A stretch of DNA of 63,806 bases, filler included, from Bipalium vagum (taxonomy: Eukaryota), in assembly GCA_037834085.1 (NCBI GenBank). It is 3 parts of 3 records of this genome, joined end to end, with 100 filler letters (N's around TTAATTAATTAA, not from the genome) between each part and the next. Parts side by side here need not be neighbours in the genome. Positions count along the whole stretch, not along the records: positions 1 to 16,224 come from JBBMKC010122032.1; 2 more parts are not named here. One strand, written 5' to 3'. Position numbers and translations under genes: made by a program. Positions 1 to 11,271 of the stretch are shown here, piece after piece. Position 1 is the stretch's first letter; each line of letters opens with the position of its first letter. The notes under the pieces were generated by a model that did no database searches, was not told the origin of the DNA, and saw only the letters and a program-made list of their open reading frames with translations.

Positions 1-78
<78 letters not shown>
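1..78. repeat. (AAT)n microsatellite
   Basis: Near-perfect AAT tandem run at the window start. Confidence 0.95.
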
Positions 79-81
<3 letters not shown>

Positions 82-402
82 CCCTGTATTATATGCACAT
101 TATTATTTTTCTCAATAATTTATCGACTTCTGTAGATAGTGGAAATTGTAATTTTAGGTCAATTTTCATCACGCATTCACCGGACTCTGAAGAAAACAAT
201 AAACTTTTAATTGTTTGTTATTAAATAAATAAAAAATAATTTATCATCTTTAAATCTTAATATGATTCCCATAATTTTTTGAAATATTAAACAAACAGTG
301 CCAATATTCCACCATTTCTTATCATATTATAATTACATTAAACTTAAATTTTAAAAATTGTGGAACATATTTAATATTCTCGTATTTTTATTTTTATTTT
401 TA

Positions 403-1057
403 CAGGTTTATGCAGAAATATCTAGAAAAATATTCAATATATATATATTTCTATGCAAAAATATATATAAATCTATTCAAAATATATAGAAAATTATTCA
501 GAAATATATAGAAAAAATTCTATTTTTTCTATTTAAATTTGATAACATTTTAGTCAGCCAAAAATATCAGCTGCACGGTTGCTATTAAAATGTCAGTTTT
601 CATTTTTTTGTCATCTGTTTTTATTAAATCAAATTTACAGGCATTTTATGCTTCGAAATCAAAAACGAATCTTTCAATGGACTTTATTAGTGACAAGCTA
701 TGCAATCATTTCGATTGAAATCCCGGGGATGTATTGGTTATGGACAATTGCAGGTCCCATCACCGCAAAGATGTTATTAAGTTGCTGACAGAACGAGGTA
801 TTGATTACAGATTTCTCCCACCATACTCGCCTCAGCTACAATTCGCAAATACTGTATCATTCTTTATACATTAAGAACCATTATAGATCGGGACGATTGA
901 TTACTCAAGTACTCATGCATAACGATATAAATTTAAGTGATTATTTTCGCAACATGAGGCGGTATATAGAAAAACCTTGGCGAGACAATAATTTATTTAG
1001 TGTACATTTCCATTATATATTTCTGAAAATTTTTCTATATATTTTTGCATAACCCTG
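403..1057 (+). mobile_element. Non-autonomous IS630/Tc1-like DNA transposon, copy 1
   Basis: TA-flanked TIRs (CAGGTTTATGCAGAAATATCTAGAAAAA / revcomp CAGGGTTATGCAAAAATATATAGAAAAA). Internal frameshifted DDE fragment 'DVLVMDNCRSHH...YRFLPPYSPQL'. Near-identical copy at 35457-36059. Confidence 0.85.
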
Positions 1058-1179
1058 TAATTTTTATAATTTATTTCTTTAATTATTGTTTTTGTTTAAA
1101 CTTAACTGATTAGCGTTCATTTTAAATATTAGGAATCCATTTAATTATGCGTCCAAAATCAACAAAACCTCAGAATAAG

Positions 1180-1910
1180 TTTTATTATTAACATACAAAC
1201 ATTAATTGGTTAAATATTTCTTATCAGTGTAAATAAATTTATTCTCAAACTACACTCTACCATATATCTACCAAAGAATGAATGCCATCGGAATAATATT
1301 CATTAGTTTTTAGATAAAAAAACGTTTGTAAGTCATTTTTCATTTTCCAAGAATTTCCAATAAATGACTCCTTAGCAATCCCACCAAATAGACAATAGAA
1401 CTTTTATTGGGAATAGGTCAATCTTTGAGGTTGCAAGTCAATGTTGTCCAACCGATAACCATTTATTCAAGTCATTTTTAATCAATGCAAAAATTCTTTT
1501 AAAAAATGAATCCCGATCATCTCTTATGAGGTTTGCATTATATATTGTAATCAGCATAGATTATTGTTTGTCCGATAAAGAATATGGTTCCCAACTTTTG
1601 ACTGCATATGATTTTCCTGTTACGTTTAAGTGAATTCTTACCGTCTCTGCATGAAAAATGAAAATTCTGTCAAACTCTTCAGAACCTTGTTTCGGGTTAT
1701 TACCAATCAATCTCTTTAGCTTGTCAACGTCGAAAACGGATGGACGGGAGATCTTCAAAACTTCGTTGTCATCTTTAAATTTTCTAAATCATTTTTTATT
1801 GGCTAACAGAGAGTCGCTTATGATAGGTCTTTGGTGAAGCCTCTTTAGCTGTGGTGCCTTAGTCACACTCATACAACAGTTGAATTAAATATCAAATTTT
1901 TATCTATATT
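1180..1910 (-). mobile_element. Degraded mariner transposon
   Basis: ORF 1561-1758 'SRPSVFDVDKLKRLIGNNPKQ...ETVRIHL...GK...SWEPYSLS' matches the mariner HTH/WVPHEL region. Boundaries approximate. Confidence 0.7.
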
Positions 1911-2009
1911 TAAAAGTGTTACATAAGTGGTATTATTCAAACAAACATAGCATACATTTTAACAAAGAATTTCAAATAGATTTAAATTGATTTTATTAAA
2001 GTAGAGGAA

Positions 2010-2870
2010 ACATTTACCCAAAATTTTCGAAACTTATGAATACCTAGGAAAAAATTTTCTTCTTTGGTTGAAACCAATTTCTCCAGTCATTTTTATAATT
2101 ATGGAAATGTTTATCACGGAATTCATTAGCCATTGATCAACACAAAAAGTAATAAGACGGAGGCATATTTGGAGAATATGGCGGAGAGACAAAACATCCC
2201 ATCCAATAATTTCCGAGGATTTCTTAACAAGAAATTTAGCCACAAGAAATCGATCATTGTCATGCAATAAAATCAATTTACCGTGGCTATCAATCCATTC
2301 AGTAATATATTCAGTTTCAGAAATTGTTGTGCACTAAGATTACTATCTACTGTTTCACTGGTTTTTAATATCTCGCAGAAGACCTCCTGGTCTCAGCAAA
2401 TGCATATTAAGGCTTATTGTTCATGAATATTGAAAATTGGTAGTTTCCATGTTAAACCCATGATATTTTGAGTTAATGGTTATCAAAGTAAATCCATTTC
2501 TCGTTGCCTTTAATTATACAATGCAAAAAACTTTCTTTGTTGACTTTTTAATAGGATTTCACAAATTGTTTTTGGTTTCTCCACCACTTTGTCATTCAAA
2601 TCTTTTCCATTTTACTTAGATGATCGGAAATGGCATATTGAGAAACATTTAACTGCTTGCCCAATTTATTTTGTGTTTGGGCATCATCATCTGTGAAGAC
2701 GGCTTTCAATTCTGAGTTTTCAATTTCTTTCAGTTAACCTTGGCGTTTTTAAAGTCATAGTCGCCTTTCCTAAATCGGTGGAACCTTCTAAATGACTTGG
2801 GAAAGAGTAAAGGTACTAAATGCTGGAAAAACATGGAATACCGTAAATTTTCTTTTGTTGGCTCATATAT
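2010..2870 (-). mobile_element. Degraded mariner transposon
   Basis: ORF 2034-2276 'ILLHDNDR...IGWDVLS' resembles LLHDNARPH...LGWEVL. Upstream 5' transposase remnants run to about 2866. Confidence 0.7.
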
Positions 2871-3789
2871 TACAGTCTCTAAATGCTAAAAATATAAAAT
2901 GATCATTTAAGTCATTTAGGTTTGTTAATTTTAAAAGCTTAATAATTAAAGTTTAAAAATAAATAAGTAAAATCCATAAAACAAATTGATGTTTGTTAAT
3001 TTTCTAAATATTTATTTATTATTTATATTTATTTATATTATATTATATTTACATTTTCATTTTTAAATTACTGAAAAATGGTCTTATAGAAATATTTTTA
3101 AAAATGCTTCTTATAATTATTGAGCTTTAATTGAATAAAGTTCAAAAATTCAGAAATAATGGGGAAAATAATCTTTTAAGAAAAATCTAAATTAATTTAT
3201 CTAAGGCCAAAATCAATCTTATATCTATTAAGTGTCAAAAAAGAGAAAAATCAAAAATATAATTTTCGTTATAGGCAAAATAATATTTTCAAAGCAAAAA
3301 TTATATATTTTTCAATATATTTACGTAAATTAATTTATGGTTGAGTACTTGTGTAATCAATGATTTCAATTTATATATTGTTCAAGTGATTGGCATTTCC
3401 CCTTTTTGTAATTTTTATTAAATTCAGAGAAAATAATTAATTTTTTAGGTATGTGAATTTACTTCTATATTTTCTAAGTTACATTTATTAAAATAATTAT
3501 TTTTAAATATATTAAATTAATCTTTCTTTATTTTCACTTGCCACAAGCATTTCAATTGAAAAGTAACTATATATTTTTCAATTTTCTTTTTTCGTATTTA
3601 TCTTTTTTTTTAATATTTTTTGTTTATTTTATTAAGATGATTTTAATTTCAACATAAAATAAGAATTCTTAATTAAAAAAAAGTATCATTTAGATGTCGT
3701 TTTTAACTCTAAACGGTTTAAATATTTAAATTTATTTATTTTAAAATCTCTTAATTAAAAAAATCATAATTTTTGAATATTGATTTTTT

Positions 3790-4320
3790 GGATCATATTA
3801 AATGTGACAGTTCTTTCTCAAATTTTTTATTTGTGTTTTTAAGGTATGAAATCTCAATAAAAAATTATTTCTTTAACAGTCTTAGATCTAGTTCCAAGTA
3901 CTGATTTACTGATATTATTACTGACCTAATAAATTTTTTAATAAGCAAAGAATTATTGCGTAGTATAAAGCATTGTGATAAATGTCAGAATCAAATGGAG
4001 TTAATGAAAACCAAGAGACCCGTAGACGAGCACGAATGAAAGTGAGAACTTGATGTCTAATATTATAATACATATACAATCTATATAGATTCATATATTT
4101 GCTAAAATTTGGAAGCTTAATGTGAAAAAATGAAAGGTGTCAGGGAACACCATTTAGAGATTTGTTTTATTGAATATATGTGGAGAGAAAGAAATGAAAA
4201 CAAGACACTTTTGAAAATATACTTTGTCATATCTTAAAATATCACAAATAATTTTCAATTGTTTGTCTTTGTCAAATATTTAAATTGTTTAATAAAATTG
4301 TCATATATTTAATACGATCC
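3790..4320 (+). mobile_element. Internally deleted Merlin (IS1016/ISXO2-like) DNA transposon
   Basis: TIRs GGATCATATTAAATGTGACAGTT / revcomp GGATCGTATTAAATATATGACAATT; 8-bp TSD gatttttt/aatttttt (7/8). Remnants of an N-terminal zinc ribbon 'FLISKELLRSIKHCDKCQNQMEL' and C-terminal 'KMKGVREHHLEICFIEYMWRERN'. Confidence 0.8.
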
Positions 4321-5104
4321 AATTTTTTGATCCAATTTTCATCGATTTTCATAAATTATTTAATTTATCCATTTCCATGGAAATTGTGCATAAATCAAAA
4401 AGGGATTTCTACTGTTTCTCATTCTTTATTGAACCCTACATTTCCATTGTAAGTGGTAAAGTAAAATATATAAATATTTTCTCATATTGAATTAATTATT
4501 TTAATATTTGAAAAATATTAATGGAAAAATTAATTCATTTACAAAATTCCTTTCCACAAAAAACAAAATGGCTTTTATCACGGAAGAAAGAGAAATTTAT
4601 TTCGAAATTATCAATTAATAAATTGAGATTTTAAATAATTTTATTTTGATTTTGCTCATTTCATTTTTAGGGGGTTCGGTTTTTAATTCACTGAAAAAAG
4701 ACGAAAATGCACAGCTTTGCAAATGTTCTTTGAAAAATTCAAAGAAAAAAAGAAAAATGGCTTTTTTATTTCGTCTGTCATGATATTGTACTATAAGAAA
4801 ATTATCTGAATAACCTTGTTTGATACAGTGAAAGATCGTTTGAATGTCGTCTGTCGAATCTTTGTCAAATACAAATTCATTTACGTTTTAAATACATTTA
4901 ATAATAATTATTTATAATTATATGTGAAACTTGTTGCCTTCAGATTAGACTGATTATTTATTCATTTTAATTTTAATTAAATAATTTTCCACATGACCAA
5001 AATTACATTGGGAACTGTTTTTCTTTAATAATTTTATGTATAGATAAAATAAAAAATAAATACGAAAGAAAATGAAATAAAATAATAAATACTTTGTATA
5101 ATTA

Positions 5105-5580
5105 TAAAGTTGGATGATCACGGAAATTTAGTTGGTAATGTGATCCAAGATTTTCAAGTCCTAGGATGTCTAATGAGTATAAAAATACATTTTTTAAACT
5201 CACATCTGGATTATTTGTCTAAATACTATGGAGCCTATAGCGAGGAGCATGGTGAACGATTCCGCCAGGACATAGCCATTATGGAGAAGAGGTATCAGGG
5301 CAGATGGAATGCCAGCATGATGGTAGACTACTGCTGGTTCCTAAAGCGTAACAATGCCACAACTATTCATAGTAGAAAAGCACATAGGAAAACGTTTCAT
5401 TGCAAATAAAATATTTTTTTGTTTAAATTAAGTGTTTTTCTTATTATTCTTTAATATGTATTTTTACCTGAACCAGATGTCCAAAAGAATAAAGGACTTC
5501 ATATTCGTAATCAGCTGCAAAATACAATGTTATCATAATGTTGTCTCCGATACAAAAAAGCTTAAATTTGTAGAGTAGTG
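5105..5580 (+). mobile_element. Chapaev3-like (CMC) DNA transposon, 3' fragment
   Basis: ORF 5110-5409 'KIHFLNSHLD...SEEHGERFRQDI..MEKRYQGRW..SMMVDYCW' is the C-terminal motif I associate with Chapaev3-type transposases. Ends ...GTAGAGTAGTG followed by TTA (TWA-type target). Confidence 0.7.
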
Positions 5581-6053
5581 TTATTTTAAAAAATAAAATA
5601 TAAATAAATTATTAAAATAAAAAAAGTAAAATAATAACTGAAATATAATTAATATAAATAAAACTAAAATATCTATCATAAAAAAGATACTAGAGACCAA
5701 AATTTCTACATTATTGTTTGTTTAATTTAGTTAATTTATCTAATTAATATTGGTGATATCGAAACGGATAGAATGAGCGAATTATGGTACAAATAAGGAT
5801 AATTTTCATAATTAAATTGTTGATTAATTAAACAATTTTTACGTTTACATATTTAAAGCATTTTTTATATGGTAATAATAAAGAAAATTGTTTCATGCAC
5901 TGATAATCAATAATAAATAATAATTTAAACAGTTATAACGGTATTTAATTTAGGAAAATAACATAAATAAATTTTTTTTTCAATATAAAATTTTTAATTT
6001 ATGATTAAAATTAATTAATTAATTATTGTTTAATGATTTATTTCTGAATTCAG

Positions 6054-6462
6054 AATGGAACATCTTATCCGGAAGTTTACTTCATGGAGACCCCAATGAG
6101 AGATGACAATTTAATGAGAAATACTAAGTTATTCTACTTCATCATTACTTTGATTGTGATCGTCGTTGGTATCATTGGGAACAGTCTCAGTCTTGCGGTT
6201 TTCAGCACGAAAAAGCTGAGGAACAATTCCTCATCTTCATGTTCCCTTTGCTTAGCTGCACTATCATTATCAGATCTTCTGGTTATCCTATTTCACGTTT
6301 CAATTGAGTGGAGTATTCGAGGTTTGCCGGACTATGTGGGATCCTTAAATTTAAAATGGGCCAATACAGACGGCCTGTGCAGATTGTATTTATATGTTGC
6401 ATATACACTGAGAATGAATTCAGTTGGTCTCATTGTTTTATTTACAGTGGAACGTTATATAG
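6054..6462 (+). CDS. Exon of a rhodopsin-like (class A) peptide GPCR, TM1-TM3 (TRH/FMRFamide-receptor-like orphan clade)
   Basis: Acceptor ttcag|AATGGAACA (NGT sequon, in frame with ORF 6084). TM1 'GIIGNSLS', TM2 'LAALSLSDLL', ECL1/TM3 'LCRLY', 'FTVERYI' DRY-type motif, then donor G|gttaga (phase 1). Confidence 0.88.
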
Positions 6463-8429
6463 GTTAGATATACATTATATATAAAATTATTGACTTATCA
6501 TATTTTATTGAACAGATAAATATTCAATTCTTTAATTCAATAATAAAAATATTTAATTAAATTATCAATTCCTGGTCACTATTCAGGGAAAAGAAAAATG
6601 AAACGAAGTAAAAATAGTTTGTGTGGCCTTCTAATAAAATAATATAAAATTTATAATTTTTTGCGGCTCTATAAATATTTTTTAAACAAACAAATTACGA
6701 AAAATTAAATCAATAAAAAGATTATTGATTTTTGTTTATTTAATAAAATAAAATGTTGATTCAAAAAAAGTATTATAGTTATTGTAACTATTGTATTATA
6801 GTTGTATTATAGTTATTTAATTATTTATTTTAATTAATTGGGAAATACAGTTTAGAATAAAAAAAACAAAATCTATTTTATTTAAAAAATAAAATAATAT
6901 GGAATTGAATTCAGGATAAATAAAAATAATCGGAATTTTTTCATTAAAAAATGTAATTATAATGATTAAAATATACATATATATATTTGAGTCACTTGAC
7001 TTAATTATTAAAATGATAAATAAAATAATAAAAAATGTAAATGAAACCCAAATATCTAACGTTTTTTTTCTATTTAAAATCTAAAATTACTCTTTAATGG
7101 AAAATATTAAAATGTAAAGTCGTCATTAATCTCCATAAGAATTGAAGATTTATTTCTGAAAATCTATATTTAACCATTTGCTTGTCTGTACATTTTCATA
7201 TAAATAATAATACTGATAAAATTCTCATTTAAACAAAGAAAAAGGATTTTATTTTGCTTTAACTTGTCTGAATAAGATGATTCAAAACAATTTATTTATT
7301 TATTTATTTTTTAAGAATCATGTTGTGAATGTATATAAATATTACCATATAAATCATATTCAGATGATTTTTGTTAACTTTCAAGGGAATATTGATAATG
7401 AAGCCGTAATAATTAAGAATTCTAAATATTCCCAACTCACAAAATTCCCAAACAATTTATCGATGAAATAACAGAGTTGATTAAACGGAATTCGAATGTC
7501 AAAAAGAAATTAGAGCCGTCATTTTGCAGTGAAACTTTATTAAATTTATTTCGGGTTTGAAAATGTGAAGGACAATGCATGAAACCATAATGGCAAAGCT
7601 GTAATGGTCTGCAAGATCTTTTTAAAACGTATTTATTGTTATATATAATAAATTTAATTTTCTCTTTCCATTAAGATTTATTTCGTCAGAAACATAAATT
7701 ACAATCATATTCTATTAATACTGGGAATTCGAGGGAATTGAGGAATTTTCTAATTATAAATAATTAATTAATATTTTCAATAATAAATAGAATTTATAAT
7801 ATTTTACAAGTATAATATTATTAATAATAATTTAAAAATAAAAATAAAATAAAAAATAAAATAAAAATATTAATTTTAATAAAATAGTATTGTATTAAAA
7901 ATTAATAATTTTTCTACCAATTAAAATTCATTTCATAAATTTTCATATGAAAATGATAGTTAAACATTTTTAATATATATGTGAATCTCATTGATTTATT
8001 TTATGGTATAATAAAAATCTATTCTTTCATACTTATAAATTAATAAACGTTAATCAATGTGGGGTGAAAGAGAAAACTATTTTTATTATATTTACTGGCG
8101 TTTGAATGTACAACTTTTATTTTATTCTTTTATTAAAAAGAGCAGGAAATTATATTATCTTGTATTGTAATTGCTTATAATTTACAAAAGAATATATTAT
8201 TATTTATAAACATATGAAAGTATCCAAAAAATCAATGAATAAACAAGGTGATATGATATTTCTTATTTCAAGTAGGAATTATAAGGTAAATATATTTGAA
8301 GAAAAAATAACAAATCTCGCCATATTAAAAATATTGTTAAAAAAATAATTGCCTATTTCACATAAAAGCATTTAACTACAATTTAATTGTATTTTAAATA
8401 AAATAATCATTGTTTAAATAATATTAAAG

Positions 8430-9500
8430 GATAGCCGTTGAATTCAAATTTCAATCAGTAAGTTAATTTCATAGATTCCATTTTGTCGTTTTTTATTTAT
8501 TAAGCTTAGTGTGGAAGATCTGAACACTCATTTGAAGAATACTTTACTTTTTTATTATTTGAATGAAAAAATACATTTAAAGCTCGCAATATATGAAGTG
8601 TATGTCGAGGATACATTAAAAGAACACAAATATTGGAATTGTTTTGAGAAATGCAGAAGAGTGAGTTTTCATTCAAAGATAAGCAACGATCTGGCCTTTC
8701 TCTGGATACTTGGTTTGTTCAATAATGCCTCGGACTGACTAAGAAAAAACATGATAAACCAATCAAGCCAATTAATATTGTTACTGAGGACGAGACACCT
8801 CTTTCTTTATACTTACCTGAAACCAAACGGGAATCATCTGAATGGAGACATGTAGAAGAGAAACCTCCTCTGAAAATGAGAACTGACACCTCACCTCGAA
8901 AACAACTGATGCTCTCAGTGTTTTGAGACAAAAGTGGAATCATTCATCTAGACTTCTTGCCTAATGGATAAACAATAAATGGTTAATACTATGCCAAATT
9001 GGTTGAGGAATGCCTTGCAAAGAAACGGAAATCAAGAAATGTTCCACTTTGGCTGCTTGTTGATAAAGCTCCTGTCCATGAGAGCAATGTTGCACGATGT
9101 TCAACAGAAAAGAGTGGTTTTGCTTACAGCCCGGGCCTTGCTACGAGCAATTTCCTGATCAAGCACCTAAAGAAATCATTACGTGGCCATTATTTTGAGA
9201 CATCAGATGCACTCCAGCAGTTTGTTGAACAGTGGTTTGCAGAGCTTCCTGGACATTTTTATGCTGATGCATTTAATGATTTGGTTATTCGATGGAAAAA
9301 GCTGGTTGCTGCCAATGGTAGTTTTATAGAAAAATAATTAAATATGTTTTTCGAAATAGTACTTCATGTGGTTCAATAAAAGTTGTTTCTGTTTTTTTTG
9401 TTGTGTTTTTTCCTTAGTTAATCCGAGGCATTATTGAACGAACCACGTCTCAATAACGAGGAAATCAAAGTCTTATTCTATGAGAATGCAAGGCCTAAAC
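8430..9500 (+). mobile_element. Degraded mariner (5' part), host of a nested insertion
   Basis: 'EDLNTHLKNTLLFYY...IYEVYVEDTLKEHKYWNCFEK' then 'KDKQRSGLSLDT' is interrupted at 8708 and resumes after 9449 as 'NNEEIKVLFYENAR'. Confidence 0.65.
8709..9447 (+). mobile_element. Internally deleted mariner with both TIRs, nested in another mariner
   Basis: TIRs CTTGGTTTGTTCAATAATGCCTCGGACTGACTAAG / revcomp CGTGGTTCGTTCAATAATGCCTCGGATTAACTAAG; left TA. Catalytic-domain remnants 'IVTEDET', 'DKAPVH', 'YSPGLATS', 'RWKKLVAANGSFIEK'. Confidence 0.9.
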
Positions 9501-10479
9501 AAACTAATAAAAAAAATTTTATTTCACTATAATAATAATAAATAATCAACAAAATAATAATAATAATTTCATGCTATACATTTATGTGAAAAAGTATCCA
9601 TATTAGAATTTTAAATTATCAAGTAAATATTAACTTCGTAGTCTGTAATGTTAAAAAAGGAAATTTATATATCATGTAAATTGTCATATTTTATTTCCCA
9701 GTGGCTCTAAAATGAAATGAAAGAAAAAATAATATGTTAAATGATATTACTTTGTAAACTATCAAAATAATTTCAATGGTTATTAAAATTTTCAAGATAT
9801 TCATAAACAGGAAAAAAACTTGATCTTAATAATTACTTTTGATTAAAAGATAAATGCTTTTAAATACTTTTTAAAATAAAATTTATAAGAATAAATATTT
9901 TGTTTAAATTTATTAAACATGTGATAAGTAAAATTTACAAAAATTTAACTGAAATAGGTTTTTAAGCTTCAATTATGGATGCGTTTTAAATGAGAATCTA
10001 ATGTAACAATATTTATAACATTTGTAATTTTATTTAAATAAATAAAATAAAGATTTTAAAATAGTTTTCTGAAAAGAAAAAATATAAATTTTGACATAAT
10101 AATATAAATTCAAATTTCATTTTATACCTATTTTTGGTTTTTAACTTTGCAAATATGTTACCAAATATTTGAATATAATTAATTATTATTTTCCAATTAT
10201 ATTTTTTGTTGCAGCTGCCAACGGAAAATATTTTCACTAAAATCAACGCTTTGTTACTTTTAAATAAACGATGATAACGATGATTCATATGATAACGATG
10301 TGGAATTAATTCCTGTACCTAATATAATTAGTCAAAACTTCTCAGCTTTTTCATGAAGAAATTTTAAACAAAATTAATTATAAACTTCAGTTATTTGGAG
10401 ACACCTCTGGTAACCCTCAGTGATTTTGAAACACATTGAAACTTTTAATTTTTTTTTTAATCCTTTCTCAGAAATAAAT

Positions 10480-10880
10480 AATATAAATAAATATATTCTT
10501 GAAGGATATATTTTATATAGCGAAACAAGTAAAGGTCAGGTGGTTCGAGATCAGAGATATATGCATGGTGTAGGGATTTCTTAAAATTTCTGCTGCAGAA
10601 AGGATAAATTAGGCTGAGAATATTGTCATGTTACAGAGGTAGTTTCGCAGGAATAACCAAGAGAAAATACCGTGAGTATCATGAACGGTCTTCAGATGCT
10701 TGGTATAGACCATAGCATCGATTGATCGGTCGTCTAGAACAATTTTTCATTGGATAGGATCCTGGAGGTTCCATCTCAAACATTACATGGTTTTTTTCTC
10801 TGAAGACCTTGTTGTTCTGATTAATCAGGTTGAAATGCGAAAGAAATCAAATTTTCGTCCCAAATGGTAATTTAGTTCCA
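10480..10880 (-). mobile_element. Highly degraded mariner fragment
   Basis: Frameshifted remnants resembling the 'KKxMLCVWW...I..I.A..Y..QL' and YSPDL regions. Confidence 0.45.
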
Positions 10881-11189
10881 TAATCAGTTTAATCAAAAAT
10901 AAATATAAAGTTCGAAATATATAATTTTGAAAAATATTCTAAGAAACTCAATCTCTATTAAAAATATGTTTTGATAAAATTTTATTTTTTATAAAAATAT
11001 ATTATAATAATCTTATTATAAATAATCTTCTTAAAAACATTAATTAGTAAAAATAAGCTGAAAATGTTAGTTAAACGAAATTAAAACAAATCTTACATTT
11101 TTATATTGGGTTTAAATCTTTGAGGTGTTTATTAAGAAAAAGTGAAGATAAAAGATCGATGAATTAAATAATTTTGAAGTAATTAATTA

Positions 11190-11194
<5 letters not shown>

Positions 11195-11270
<76 letters not shown>
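11195..11270. repeat. (AAT)n microsatellite
   Basis: Perfect AAT run; produces the spurious poly-Ile ORF 11187-11381. Confidence 0.95.

Positions 11271-11271
<1 letters not shown>

Noticed and set aside
4671-4810. Acceptor followed by G GGG TTC GGT TTT (R|GFGF, RNP1-like), a tempting upstream Musashi exon
   Set aside because: An in-frame TAA follows immediately and no frame continues as an RRM.
7400-7760. Weak inverted repeats (AATTCCC / GGGAATT clusters), possible MITE
   Set aside because: Too degenerate; no definable ends or TSD.
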